Source: Pelagomonas calceolata
Taxonomy: Eukaryota
Length of the DNA stretch: 64,000 nt
Direction: 5' to 3'
NCBI GenBank assembly: GCA_918797485.1
Contig: CAKKNE010000003.1
Coordinates: 3,348,001 to 3,412,000, forward strand
How positions within the stretch are numbered: position 1 is the stretch's first letter; every line of letters starts with the position of its first letter. Shown piece after piece: positions 24,644 to 38,818 of the stretch. The notes beneath the pieces were generated by a model. It was not told the DNA's origin. It worked only from the letters and a program-made list of their open reading frames with translations, and did not search any database. Position numbers and translations under genes: made by a program.

Positions 24644-24720
24644 CGAGCAGCCTGAGGGAGAAGGCTCTTAGGAGCTTGTTCCTTTTTTTTAGGTCTTCCT
24701 TAATTAATTTATTTATTTAT
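24644..24720 (+). repeat. Short 3'-end copy of the LINE at 18091-18885
   Basis: CGAGCAG[CCTGAG]GGAGAAGGCTCTTAGG..CTTGTTCCTTTTTTTTAGGTCTTCCTTAATT plus an AT-rich tail matches the reverse complement of about 18100-18173. Confidence 0.85.
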
Positions 24721-25124
24721 CTCACCAATTTGGGGTCAGGCCTGTCGAGTGTAGACCACGACTCCTCCGCACCGAGAATTCTCGAGAAATCCTGGGTAAA
24801 CCCGAATTTACGTCGCAAAGGACCTAAACGTGTTAGCGGCTCGGGAGGCGTGGTCTAAACGCGACAGGGGTCAGGCCCCTTGAGGACTTCCTTAGGAGGC
24901 AGAGCTCTGGAGACATCTCGCTTGGCGGCCTTCGCTCCCGGACCGTGACCGCGCCGTGGCGGCCGCCGCGGCGCCCCCGAGACTTCCCGGGCGCGATAAT
25001 TGGGGATTCATCCTTTGCAAACTTGTACCCCAACTCCCGGGGCGCGCGGGGACCTAAAAGCCCCGTCACCAAGCAGCGTCACCAAACAGGAGGGGGGGGG
25101 GGGTTCAAGTTACCTGTATCATGA

Positions 25125-25290
25125 TTTTGGGGATCGCAAACCACACTCAAATTGGCTTTGTGGTCGGTAACGCAGACCTAACTCAGTGCCAGTGAGGCGA
25201 GCTAGAGACTAGTACAGTACCATTAGGGTAACTGTTCTGGCTGACTTCTAACCTCTCCTGGACTTCGATGCACTCAAAGAGATGCCCTGG
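25125..25290 (+). repeat. Dispersed repeat family A, copy 2
   Basis: Shares TTGGCTTTGTGGT, CTAGTACAGTA, AGGGTAACTGT and TGCACTCA, in order, with 42861-42985. Confidence 0.7.
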
Positions 25291-25534
25291 GTTATGTGGG
25301 CAGCCATATTTTTGTACCGCCATCTTTTTAAAGCAGGCTCGAGCGTCCTGGCATAGTATGGAGAGGCGCCAGCAGAGGAGACGGAGACGAGAAGAGCTAG
25401 GGGCGTCAACGTGAAGTAAAACCCCGGGTGGCCCTTGGATGCGCCTTGGCTTCAACATGGTGCCGTATTAGCGCCTCTTCTATGGCCCTCCCAGAAGCTG
25501 TTGGCCGCAAGCGACTCGGACCAAACAACAGTAT

Positions 25535-28500
25535 CTAGGGGGAGGAAGAGTTCAAAGAAGGCAACCGCTCGTATTGAAACGGACTACCTTTCAGCCGTCG
25601 CCAGCGAGAGTACAGGAAGCAAGCTGCGATCGGCTGCTGCGCCATGTCTGGACTGGACCACTCAACACTAATTCCAGCCGGTCCGGTCGACTTGTGAAAC
25701 TCGACAATGATGGAGTGCAAGGCACCTCTAACGAGATAGACAAATCCACTCCCCCGACGCTGGCCGGGACTGGTCTCTACGACTACTGTTTCGTCGATGA
25801 AAATGCGGGCAGCATCGTCCGGGTCTAGCAGTCCTAGCTCAAGACGGAACTGGGCGGACTCTGGCGACTCCAGCAAGCCTGTCCACCGTATCGACGTGTA
25901 GTCCGCAACACCAACAGCAATATCTTCTTGTGCCCAATCAAACCTACGGCGGAGCAAAGTGCAAATAGACCTGTCTTGGTATATATGTTGACTCACACCA
26001 GTGGGCCGAACTCCTCTCGGACAACAGAAGGAAGACCATTAAGACCGTCTGTAAAATAGTGAGCCATTAGGCTTCCACCGCCTCGTCCAATAGAGGGCTT
26101 GTGAGCCAAATCGATATGCATCAAGTGTGAGCCAGATCGATGGGGGTTCAAATCAAACGTGCTGTGGCGAATGAAATACGTTCCATCGTCGCTGTCATGT
26201 GCTATTCCAGTGGCCTAGAGCAAACTATGTGACGGAAAAATTGTTACGGAAACTCACCAGCCCGCTACCCTGGGCTCGAATTCGAACCGCTTCACCACCG
26301 ACGGGTATGCTGTTACCAAACTCATCGCGAGCCTTGACGATATATCGACCGAGCGGCTCATCACGCACGCCACTCCAACTCGCACTCATGTGTCCCGAAC
26401 GGCATTGCAATGCCACAGGGACGCCCAAAATTGAACCATTCAAGAAGACGCGGAGCTGATAGATTCCCGCCCTGCACAGGATGAATCTAATCATGAGACG
26501 ACCCCGTCTCAAACTACGAGAGGCGCGAACGCTAGAATCGGCTACCCAGGCGCGGACGTTAGAAATGCCATGTGGTTGAACTAGTTTGAGGCTCACGGAT
26601 ATATTTTTGTTCCAATCAATATGAGACAAAGCAGCATGCTCATGGAGGATGAGGTGAGCTGGAGTCCCAGCTGTTACTCCCGCAACAAGGGCCGTCCCAA
26701 CAAGCAGGGTCGAGTGCTTCGACGCCGCAGCGTGCACAAAATCTGCAGTCCAGGGGGCGTCTATCATCAAGCTTTGCCCCGACGACGAGGTCGCAGAGGA
26801 CGACTGTGGTGACCAGGCATATGCAGTGATAGTATATTTTCGAACGGCTTTGACGTATACGAGTGCCTCGTAAAGACCACTTTTGAGGTCTGTGACCACC
26901 GTAGATATATCTTCCGGGGGCGCATCGAGGTATATAGCTGGATGATCTCCTCCACGGGCCCGAAGGTTAGCACAAGAATCACGGATCTCAAAAACGGCTA
27001 CAGGACTCCAGTTTGCAACTTGATACTCTTGCCTTCGGCGTATGATGCGGCTGGCCGAGCCATCTGGAAATCCAGGGATCACATCAAAAAGGATGGGAGA
27101 AGTCCCAACGAGAGCGGTACGCGAGAAGGACGCAGATGGGATGCGTGTGAGCTCTGGCCGTTCCTTTGACGCCCAGCTACATCGCACGAAAGCCATAGGA
27201 CCACTTGCGTGCGCATACGTTAGCTCAAAAACATGGTCGCGTCTCAAAGACGATGGAGATGGAGAGAACACGCCCTCATACGTCGAACTACTACTAAAAA
27301 TGACGCGACCATCAATCTTGAGTAATGCTCGGGCGTCCGGATCGGTGTCACAACGGAGAAGGAAATCTTCGGCGCTGCGCGGAAACTGGAGGAACGCCAC
27401 AAAAATAGCAATAAACTTCGTATTCGCAAGCCTTCCGGCTGGTCTAAATGTATCATTTTGCTGGACTACGCTCTCTTGGTAACGCCGGTTCCAATTGTAG
27501 TCGATTTCAGCAGCCGTCTCAACCAACAGTACCTGTCTAGGATCAAGCATATTGTGTACGCTTACATCTATACCTGGCTGGCGCAGAAACAGATGCAATC
27601 TGTGCGCCCCGGAGATTCGTGCGAAATAAGAGATGCCGTAGAGCCCCGGCCCGATGTGCATACCATTCACAAGTAGAGTCTCTTGTCGTTCTTCCTTCTT
27701 TGAGCCGTTGTCCCCGCCGCCGCCAACGAAAACAGCAAGGAGTCGGTGGACCTCATCGAAATGCAGATTTCCCCACGAATCCCGCGTACTGACGCGTATT
27801 TGAGCGACCTGGCATGCATGGACATGCATCGCTATTCCTAGACCCTCCACGGAACATTTGCTCGCATCAACATCCCCAGCAGTAACATACAGTGATAGAC
27901 GGCTAATATTGCTCCCGAAAATTGTGTCCGTGATGAGGAGTGTATATTGACCGGCAAGAGTTGCGTTATATTCAAAATCGTATATCCCGTCGTGCGCACC
28001 TGTGGTGCGCAATCAATTAGTGAGTCGGGTGCACAATTTGAGTTACGCGCACTGGTCTCCGCGCCCGTGATTACTGCCCGTAAGAAAGGGGCCGCATAAG
28101 ACTCGTGCGTCAACGTGGCATTGTATCTCCACTTGAGAGGCGGTTCGTCGATGATATTGATAGAAGTATCATGTGCAGCGAGCGTGAAAACCGAAGTCTT
28201 GCCGGCGACTGGACGCGTGAGGCCGTCACCAGCAACTGTTGAGCGGGTACTCGTGACGCCGTCCTCAACATGCACGAGAAAAGGAGACCCACGAATCATC
28301 TCCCCCGCATATGCAACCTCAAGGCGAAGGCTTCCACTGATTGTTGGGAAGTAAGTACACAAAACCGACCCATTCGTGAACTGTAAATTACACGCGCCAT
28401 CGGCATTTAAATCAAGTTTGCAGGATAATAAAGACATGTCGATGTTCTCCACGCAGAGATTACCATACTGGTCACGGACATTAACAAGGAATCTTGCCAG

Positions 28501-31500
28501 TACATGAACGGTTGCAGTCTGGATCCCGAGACCATCCGCAGTACTCGCCTGGCCCCTCGCAGGTCCAGCCAGAACGTGAAGCGAAAACGGAGAGCCTCTG
28601 ATAGCCTGGCCATTGATCATTACCGCAAGCTTATGAGTACCGGCAGTTACTGGTCGCACAGACGCATGATAGGTACCATTCCCTGCGTCGTAAATGTTCC
28701 CCGTCACAATCAGTCTGCGTGGTGACAATTTTCTTGAGGCCTCTAGGTCGCCGACGGGTCTTCGTACGTGTTTTGATACAACAGCTATCACATCGCCACC
28801 AGCATCAACTCTGTTACGAAATTCATCGAAAGATTGTATAGTGAATCTTGATTCGGCCCCCGCGGTACCCTGATGCAGACCCTGGCCGGTCGCAGAACAT
28901 TGTCTGGCATGCGCACGAGCAGGCAAGATTTTGACCTGAAATGGGCTCCCGAAGACGTCGGCGTGTTCATGGATAGATACCCCGATCCAGCGTTGCGTCA
29001 AATTGGATTCATAGGATACAGCAAGCTGATAGGCCCCCGACTGGGTGGGGTGAGCACCACGTGCGTGACGTGTACGAGCAAGACCAGCATGCGTGGCAAT
29101 AGAGAATGCCACTGGAAACATGCCGCCTCCGCGAGCAGCAGCTTCACTTCGTAGAAGAGAAGCGTTTGCTTTTAGGCCTAGGAAACTGCGGTGGCCTAAT
29201 GCCCTCGGACGAGATGAAGCGGCGTCACACGGTCTTGCCGGCGCAGCTATTGGTAGGGAGAGACCGACATCGTCACAGCGATTGCCGAATAGATCAACAA
29301 CTAAGACTTGAAAAGCAAGAGGGCGCCCAGCCTCGCCAAGAGACAGCCCGCTGCCAAAAGCGAACGTGTTGCCTGTGGATAGGGCACTCGAAGCTACTCT
29401 GACCAGAGACGGTGATCCTTTGAGCTCATTTGAATAATGCCTGCACATATCACATGTCACGAAGATTATGTTTTAAAAAATAGATTTCTTCTCGTGTGAG
29501 AAAATAGAGGACAGGTATTTTGGAGCAATGAGAGCCCGAGACATTGAAGGAGCGGACCATTCCAAGGAAACACCCTTGCCACGAGAAGCGGCGAAGTCGG
29601 AGTAGTAGTTGTTTGAAATTCGCAATTCAAGGGCAATTGAATGCAAGTGGTATGCAGTTAGGAGCGCGGGCGTGCTGATTTCACTATGACGCCGCGTCAA
29701 AGTCCGCCATCCATCGACAAGTACTCTGCCATCAAGCCATAGTCGCACACCCAGTCCGCTGCCATGCAAGACAACATGCAAATAATAAGCACCAGTTCGG
29801 CTGGGGCGGAGATGACCAGACCATCGCACAAAGTCAAGATCTACGCCAAATGTTGACGGGGGAAAATAAGCTTTTTGAAGAAGTGCGCTGTCCCACATGA
29901 AATGAACGTGCGAGTCAATACGGTCCACCACTCTCTTTGCCATAAGGTTCGAGCCATGATGGTATTCGCCCTTGAGGCCACCAGTTGCTAGCATCCACGC
30001 ACGTTGCTTGTAAATACCGGTCCTTTTCGCAATCCATGAGCCGAAGTACGTGCCATTTCCCATGTCTGACATCGCACTGATCTCCCAGTTTGAGCCTTCT
30101 GTGTAGGGCAGCTTCAATGCTGGCGAATGGGTCAACGTGTGAGATGTGGTTGAAAAAAATATAGGCTCAAGTTCGACAAGAAAGACATCACCGCCCATTT
30201 GCATCTGTGTGCCCCTTCCGTTGTGGGCAAGGATGACGGTCGATGATGCATTACCTGCGGTGGCTATGCAATCACTCCTCAGTAGCGAAAAGAAAGCACT
30301 CGCGCGATTCATGTCGTCATCAATTACTGTTAGAAGAGCTCGTCGCTGGGATCCAAGAGAAGCTCCGCCTCTTGGCCTAATGAGTTCAATCATGGCCGTT
30401 TCATCCCCTTCACTCATACGGTCATCGTGTACCGCAAGAAGAAAGCTGAGCTCTGTCACTCCATCATCAAATTGCAGCATAGTAGATGAGGTGTATGGGG
30501 CAGACATAGCGATGTCGCTTTCTGCAGTCGTGATATGGTGGAGCATGTAGCGCACCTGGACGACTCCAATGCCCCCCCCACTTCTTTTTATCGCAACCCG
30601 TACCGTCTTTGCCCCCTCGGCAACAGAGTATTGTGTACTGGACCATGTGATCGTCCCCTCGTGTCCACAAGCACCAGGGGCCTGCTCACGAAGAGAATCG
30701 CCACAACTCCACGACGAATTACCAGACAAACCTTGCTCGCACAGCTGGGGAGGCTTGGAGTTGGGTAGTACACGAAACTGTTCATACTCATCGGAGCTGC
30801 CAATTTCGAAGGTGGCGTACACTGCGGCCGACCCAAAATTGCTTTCCAAGGTAGTTAGAAGGGGTTTTGCAGGCTGGAAGTGGGACCATACTGTTGTGTC
30901 AACGCATTTCAAACAAGAGTTTGAGTTACACACAGCACAACGCTGGCTGTGATGTGCACAAGTGTGGCACGAGCGGGAATTCTCATCCAAATAGTAGCCA
31001 TCTACGCATCCCACGCAATAACTTTGGGTGCATGCAGTGCATAGTTTATCGAAACCCATGCACTCGGAGATTGAACAGTCACCCGTCCGAGTGCTGGAAT
31101 GACATTGACACTTCCCGGTAGAATAATTGCATATCCCGGCCCCACTGCACTCTAATGAAAAGCGCCCCCCTATTGTACCGGGACAGGATCGTTTAGGGTA
31201 GCACAAATTCCCGTCCCTATAGTGCGTTGGCCCACAGGTGCTGCAATCCACCCCTTCGTAACCCGTATTGCAGTGGCATACCCCGGCGCGACGATCACAA
31301 CTCCCGAACTCTTTAGCATGACAATAATAGGCATTCGCACCCAGTGGGCCTATCATACCAGGACATATTTGGCGACCAGATGCTGGGGCCCAATTACGGG
31401 GGTGTGTGCGCGTAGATGGTGCGCCTTCCAGTACATTTTCGAGAGTACTCACGTCTGGATTATTCGCCTGCCCCACGTAGGATATTTCATAGGATGTGAA

Positions 31501-31605
31501 GTCATCATAGAGATCTACACCACGATGAAGCAGGCGAAAAGCCAAAGTACTCCGAAACCAAAGCAAGAACACACTCGACAAAAGCGCAAAGTTCAGCCCC
31601 TTCAT
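25535..31605 (-). CDS. Large secreted/surface protein with signal peptide, EGF-like and Cys-rich repeats, Calx-beta, PA14 and multiple filamin/Ig repeats; multi-exon
   Basis: N-terminal hydrophobic signal; CxCxxGYEGVDC; YSVAEGAKTVRVAIKRSGG...DETA (Calx-beta); VRWSGHLRP (PA14); GNGTY...I.GSPF filamin repeats. The ORFs join through introns near 29442-29513, 27990-28065, 26216-26258 and 25945-25996. Confidence 0.8.
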
Positions 31606-33249
31606 ATGATAACTATTGCATTGTAGGACGTCGTCAGCTCATTGAGGCGTCAGCTCTTCTCCTCCATCATATGGATTAACATCCGACAATAATGACAGGG
31701 TACCAGCTTTGTACCTACGGTATATCTACGGCATTCGAATCCACATACCGTACGGTACCAGCCTGTACCCAGTACCGCATTGCCTCCCCGTTCCAGGGGA
31801 GGGGTTAAGACGCTCAATCCCACTTTTAGTAATCGGGCACCCACCGCAGCCCACACGCGGCATCCCAAGCCACCAAATTTTGCACGCGGTGCATTTACAT
31901 ATAAATTTGGTAGGGTAGCCCGATTTTGAGCTGCAACGAAGCCCCTCGCGCTGCGCACGGACTCGATCATTTTTCGGCATGCCGCGATCTCGGCCTATAC
32001 GCGCGCTCGAGGGACGGCGGCTGCTGCGCTGGGACGCTCGACTATGCATTTCCATAGGAAGTGGCCTTTGTTTCGACGCTGCGGGCCCAGAAGGTGGCCG
32101 ATTGCGTGACTTTGTCCAGCTCTCTCTCGGTGTCGCGGGTGTCGCGGTCCAGTCTGGTGCGTGCTGCGTCAACGACGCCTGCGTGGGTAACTTCTCACTT
32201 ATGGTGGAGGGTGGTGGACGCCTCTTCCACAGGTGGGCCACCGCCACCGGGGCCCGGCCCACCCTGCGTCGCGCGCGCCACCGGGCGCGAAGCAGTCCCC
32301 GCCAACCACGTCCGGCAGAGATGGGGGTTGGTGCGGATTTACAACAAGCGAGAAGGGGAGGGCTGGGGAAACGGGAGAGAGAGTCCTCGGGGAGGCAGGC
32401 GAGCGCTGCCCAGCGAGCCATACATTACAAGTACCGTAGGCGTATCTCGGCCCTAATGGGCCTTGACGTATGTTTCCAGACGAGGTATTTCTAACCCTCT
32501 GTTGCCCAAAAGGAGAGAGATCACGGAAGCATATAGCATCGGTGAAACTGCGATCAACATTCCGGCTCTGGGCCGCGAAGGCCTCAGGCTTTAAGTTCGT
32601 CTCTTAAGTTCAAGTTCCTTTCTTTAAGGTTGACCGGGCCGCTTAATATTTTGAACTTCACTTCGACCCCTTACCCCCCCCCCCAGCCCCCCACACGCAC
32701 ACCTACCTAACAATGTCTTCCCTATCTAAGAACAGGTTGAATTTACGATGGGCCCCCGCACGATGCTAGGATGGCCGCGCACCTGGGCCGTGTCGTATAC
32801 TCAAAGCAGGTGCATCACCTGGGCTGCTCGAGCGCCCGGAAATGCGGGATACTCAGCTTTTCAGCATAATAAAAGACACACGAACCTCCACCTTCGTGCG
32901 CACGAAATCTCGCCGGGCGCGCGCAGAAGCTGTCCCACTGGCACGCACCGTGACGACTGCTACCCTGGTACGTTGGCGGCTTTAGGCTACGAGACACCGA
33001 GAGCCTGAGAACAGCAGAAGATAGTTTTTGCGGAGATCATACCTCCTTTAGAAACATATCTCCTTACCCCCCGATTTTTTCCTTTTAAACTTTAAACCCG
33101 GCGGGCCCCACAATACAAGATAGTACTTGTACTTATACCAGTAGTAGTACTTTGTATAAACTACCCCCGGGGGTCCCCGAGGTCCCTAGAACAGAAATAA
33201 CGCAACCGGAGGAGGACGCTGGCCTATCGGATATGACAGAGGGGTGGGT

Positions 33250-33600
33250 CTATTTAGTGGGCTGCCTCCACGCGCGGTTGGCCGCCGGGTCGCCCCCCTC
33301 GTCCTCCTCCAAATCGTCCTCTTCTTCTTCATCGTCTTCTTGGGCTTGCGGATGCACGCCACTGGGACGCTTTTTTGGGTATCTTGCTCACCGTCCTCAA
33401 GCAAATAATTGATCAAATAACCGCCTTTGTTCTCGACGACTTGAGCATTGTACCAACCACTTCCCCAGAGCACCTTGACCTTTCGCTCACGGCGAACTTA
33501 GCTTCACGACCCCGTTTCCCCCCGGCTCCGGCTTTTTGGCAGGTTTCGACACCGGTTTCTTCTTGGCTTGTTGCTTTTTCGCCTCGAAGCGTTTCTTAAA
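33250..33600 (-). pseudogene. Decayed Tudor/Agenet-like domain fragment with Lys-rich and acidic flanks (possibly TE-derived)
   Basis: AKFAVSE and KVKVLWGSGWYNAQVVE..YLINY.LEDG are offset by a 1-nt frameshift; the downstream EDDEEEEDDLEEDE tract needs a further frameshift. Confidence 0.5.
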
Positions 33601-33787
33601 TCCGCCAGGTCCTATGTGTAATCGTAGGGTTTGTCTTCATCGCTCAATTCAACAGCCCGTTTGCGCTCGTCCAGAGGCACGACGTCGTCGAAGACTGGGA
33701 GACTGTTTTGAAGCCATCCCTCGATTCGAATATACCCTGCACTGTTAGTTCAAGTTCGAGATGGCGTCGTTGGGATTGCCGGCTGCA

Positions 33788-36700
33788 TCAATGTGAGTCT
33801 GACAGCGCCATGTGTCGGTCGCGCGTTGCATGGCCGAACGATGGGAATGTTCGCTGCCTGAGCCTATCTAGCTCTTGTCTCAAAAACTCGACTTCTTCGG
33901 TTTGTAACTTTGCCTATTACTCGAAAGGTTACTCACTGATAGTATACACAAAAAAATAGGCGATGAGACGCACCAAGTCAATTAATCTTCGCCGCAGCGT
34001 AATTCGCTTCATATGGTATCTAGTACGTTGCTCGGCATTTGCTTCTTCAGTAAAGGAATTCAATTGTGACCTTGTAATAGCTTCCCGCACGATGATTGCA
34101 TCATTAATCTGGTTGAGCTGAAGGTGAAGGCGCTTGTTTTCGTCTTCACGGGCTTGTATCTGCTGCACGAGTTTTGAGTTTGTATTGGTTAATGTACTAA
34201 GTTTCTTCTCATTTGCTTTTATCAGTATACTAATTCTCGCCTCTTCTCTTGCTATTTGTTCTGGTGCTGCCGTGGTACTCTGATTGCCCTTAAGAACAGA
34301 CTGTAGACTTTTTGTTACATGCAGCAGCTGCAAGTCTGTGTAGTATTCTTCGAGATCATGAGATTGTGCCTTCAAGAATGAGCTTTCCCATTCCATGTAG
34401 TTGATTGACTTCCTGAAGTGTTTGATTTTGGTCAAGGTTTTGATTTGCTCCGTTCCTAGCTGGGTAATCACTTGATTTATCCCCTGTATTGTTTCCACAG
34501 GCAGAAATATTGCATCGAAGTAGTCTGTGACTGCGGCTTCCGCGTCAACTTCATTCTGTCCTTGCCTAACTTGAACCAAAATCTCGCAATTTACTTCAGA
34601 CGTTGCAAGTTCAGCTCTTATTTTTGCCTGCCGTTTGCGAAGCTTGACAATTTCTTGTTCAATATCTCCAAAGACCACTAGAGAGTTCGCATGCTTTGCT
34701 TTCAGATTGCCTAAGGTTTCTGCTGCATCACTTATCATTGCTTCCTTGGCTACTTTGTGTTTGCGCGAGGATAAGAGCATTTGCCATGTGGTGTCGTCGA
34801 ACCTCCAGTCATCAGGCTTTTCTTCTAGTGATAGATTATTCCGTCTAAAATAGCTAAGTACGAGCTTAATATCTTCTTGGACCATTTGTTTCTCAACTTG
34901 CAGGTCACGCTTCAAGTGACGATCAATATTTTTATCCTCTGCTTGAAGCCTATTAAGCCTATCAGATTCTGCACTGACCAACGATAAGCTACTAGTCACG
35001 ATGTCTGCTTGACAATCCTTTTTGAGATTCAGCGTAGATATTTGAGAGCCCAGTCGACTCAGGGTAATTAGTCGAGCTTCATTTTTAAGTAAACCAACGC
35101 ACATGCGGCTGGAGTAGAGCTCCTGTGTTGTTACAAAGTTCATTATGAAGACCCGATGATCGGCAAGGCGCTTAAGCTTATCATCAAAACTGCATGCGAT
35201 ATCACTAACTTCAGTACGAAGCTTCTTGAACTCAAGCTCGAGCGCCTTTCGATATTTTGCTTGTTGCTGCGCAAGAAGCCCCTTCGCAGTTTCGAATTCT
35301 TCTAGCTCCTTCTTTTGCTCACTCGTCAAATCATCGTGGTTCTGGTCGTCTATCCAACTTGGGGCCTGCAGGACAGTTTGAAGTCTATCAGTCTCTTTTT
35401 TTGTTTCGAGGGTACCATACATCATATCCTCTAAGGCTCGTTTGCTTGCATGGTAATCATCTGTGTTATCAGCATTTAGTCCAGTGCTCTTACGTACCAT
35501 GCATGTAGTAGCTTCTGGCGTGCTGCTGTAGATTTCTGATTTGTCAACCTGGATCATCACCTCTGGTGTCTCTTCTGGTACAGCGAATTGGTGCTTAAAG
35601 TAATCTTCCATAATGCCCAACTCTCCACAGATCCCCTGGAGTCGGTCTGTCTTCTCCAGGATGCGGCCTAGTTCGATGCGCTTTTCATCATGAAGCAAGC
35701 CGAATCGAAAATTGAAATCAGCTTGCGCTTGGCGAAGTAATTCGCCTACCAAGACGCATTGGATTCTCTTCTGAATTGAAGTGTGGAGCGCAATGGGCTG
35801 ATAAAGTTGGGTGGTAGTTAGATTTTCATCCCAAGCTTCTTCTGAGAGCCTTGCTTCTTCATCATCATTTCCATCGTTCTCCAAGGCCCCGTCAAGAAGT
35901 TTTATTGATGCTATGCTGTCGTGTTGTTCAATGTTTATTAGATCGAGTGAAGGTAGCAACTTGCCCTGATTGACCATCCAGGAGATATTGTGTGAAAGTC
36001 TACGTGACAGCACCGACGAGTCCAAACTCAAAGATATCGATGATGCACTTTGTCGCAGTGCAAGCTTCCGTAGAAAACAGACACATTCTAGACAATGCTT
36101 TTGCTTGTCAGCGCGCAGCTTAAGTGGAAAGTTTGAAGTTAGTAATCTAGGGGTAAGAAAAGAGTGACATTCAGTTGCCTGCACTTCCATGCAGTCCCAA
36201 CAGTCATGTCTTATCCGAGCGGATATAACATCACGAGCTTGCTTTTCGACCCTCAGTTGTTTCTCCAGTTCATTTGCTTTCCGTTGACTTGCGGTCAAGA
36301 CTTGTCGATGCCTCGCGCGGTCAATGATAAACTCATTGCGTTCGAGTTTTTCATTCAAACATGCATCGTTATTCTTCGCTACCAATTCCAACAGTCGACT
36401 GCGCAAGTTTGCGATGATACTGCGCTGAGCCGCCTCATGGGATTTTATCTTAAGCGCCGCTAATTTCTCTATTTGCTCCTGACACGATTCACACCAGGTA
36501 GCTTGATGAAAAGACATTGCAGGTATTGGCACATGCTGAATAGTCAACTTGGGGTGCTCGGCTTTGTGTCTCTCTGAAGGAATGGCCAGTGTTTGTGGTA
36601 CCAAAATGTTAAGACTAAAGACAGCCCCATCGCTACCGGAACTATAGAGAATAGACGTATCTAAAGAAAAATGAGTATATGCAACAGGGCCTGTATGTAG

Positions 36701-38611
36701 ATTCATTTGACACAACTTCACAAGATCCACTCCCGATTCAGTCAAGGCTCGCCACAAAGCAATCCTACCATCGACACCCCCCGTGGCCACAAGTTCCCCA
36801 CCATTGGATACGCCCAGACACATTACGCCCTTGTCATGACTTGACTCAATTTTTGAGACTACCAACTTGCCATTTCTATACATAGCATCAGATGACGCAA
36901 GCGCCATTATGTCACAGGAGATTGGGCTTGTAGCCAAGAAGGTGACACCATTTGAATCAAATTTAAGTCTTGACATTCCGGCGCAAGGAAAGTCAGTTTC
37001 AAATTTCCAAGCTGCATTTAGTGAGTGCGCGTCAGAGTCAACAAGGTATGAAATAATGCTCTGACCCGCAAATGCTACCATCAAGTAGTCATTACACCAC
37101 AATGCGCATAGGCTAGCGAGATGACCGCTAAAAGAGGTGTGTGCAAGCACACACAGCGAAATGCTACCCTTCTGAGGAGATGTGTCAACAATAAAAGCGT
37201 TAGACTCTGATATTGCAGCCAGGATGTCTTTTTCTGGGTGAAATATTACACTTGTTATTGGTTCACGGCATAGTTGCAAGTTGCCAAGTGACACAAGATC
37301 GACAAGAACATTATTTTGACTTTTTGGTTTTCCAGATAGAAGAAATATGCACCCTATCGAGGTCCCAACTGCAAAATTTGAATTGCATGGTGCAGATGTG
37401 ATCGATGTAATTGAGACCACACAATCCTCCGAATCCACATCAGAGATTTGGAATTTATGCCTTCCAACAAGGGTTCCATCACGAGTCCACACTCCCAAGG
37501 CCCCATCAGCTCCTGCAGTTACAAGCGTAGGGTCGTTTATCGACTGACAGGCCATTCCCAGGACCGGCCCATTGTGGTAGTCGATGACTGCAGCATTTGG
37601 GCCTGCAAAAATTTTACTGGATGATGCATCTGCACCATTTAAAGTCAATATTTGAATTCTTCCGGGGCCCGACAGCAGGAGACCATCTCGTCTCGGAAGC
37701 AAGCTACACCAAGAGTATTTGCTACAAGGCTCTTTAGCTACATTCAGCATAAATTCAGTTGAGCCGGACGTACTTGTCCTGATACCTTGAACTATCCCGT
37801 TAGAGAATAGCAGCAGGATTATCTCCTCTATGGCAGTGACAAATAAACATAAGGATTCTTGTAGTGCTACAGCCAATGGGAACAAGCGTGTGAGGATCCC
37901 AGAGTGGGCATCGAACTCCATTACGCTGCTTCTGCCAACAGCAAGAACGAGGTTGTTCTGCGTCCAGCACTGCGCACTTATCGAATCCAGAAGTACATTT
38001 CCGTCTTCCGCCGCATCCTCTCGACTGCCGATTACTGCGTTTATCCTCTGTAACTTGTGGTCATTGACCACTTGGACTTTCCAAAAGACCAACCCGTAAC
38101 TTCCTCCTGTGCATACCATAGAAGAATTCTTTGGACTGAATGAGCAATTATGCCAAGTGCATGGTGTTGCCAAGTTCCCGCCGATCGCAACCTTGGCGAG
38201 GGTCTGTGCAATTTCAAGAGACCATAGATACAAGTGATGATCAAATGGGCCCGAAACTGCACACAGCATTTTTGCATTATGTGATATTGCGATACTCTCA
38301 TATTCTAGATCAGTCCCGCCTCTTAAAACACTTAATGGATCCAGCTGAGGGTATTTTAAGACGTGAATGCAGGGCTCCGCTGAGCGCGGGGCAAATGCGA
38401 CGAGATGTTCGGGGACGCTAGTGGTAAATGCTGAAATGCCAAGGGGACATTCGAGATTGTTTGTCACGAACTTGGTCGGTCCAACGTTGGCTAAATCGGT
38501 CAAATCGGAGATCGCCAACCCGTTACCGTGAAGGTAGACGACAACATCCTGATCAATGAACGTAACCTCGCCACCGGCAAAGCCAAGGTGTCCCAAGATG
38601 CTGAGACCCAT
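33788..38611 (-). CDS. CFAP43: Cilia- and flagella-associated protein 43 (WD40 plus coiled coil)
   Basis: WD40-rich N-terminus, RALEDMMYGTLE, VRQGQNEV, and a last exon after one intron (about 33914-33973) giving RRRLIDL|AKLQTEEVEFLRQELDRLRQRTFPSF. Confidence 0.85.
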
Positions 38612-38818
38612 GGCGTAACGCTTAGGATTTAGCAATTAATACAGTATCTTATCTTAGCAAAGAGAATGTCGTAGCGTGTTATAATGTAGCGAGGGTCCTA
38701 GACAACGGGAGAGTGCCCCGTACCCGCGAGTATTGGGGTAAACGTCGGACTAGACTCGATGCGAAGTCAATAGAACAACAGTGGGTCGGCTCGACTCGAA
38801 AAACAAATCCGACTCGCC

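Noticed and set aside
25092..25103. Poly-G/C runs (also near 32675, 48784 and 63522) as functional G-quadruplex elements
   Set aside because: There is no evidence beyond composition, homopolymer length is assembly-sensitive, and the runs sit in repeat-derived DNA.
31650..32494. Overlapping GC-rich ORFs (also 59260-60720 and 53637-54255)
   Set aside because: Low-complexity Arg/Pro/Ala-rich translations in several frames with no recognisable domain; likely repeat-derived non-coding DNA.
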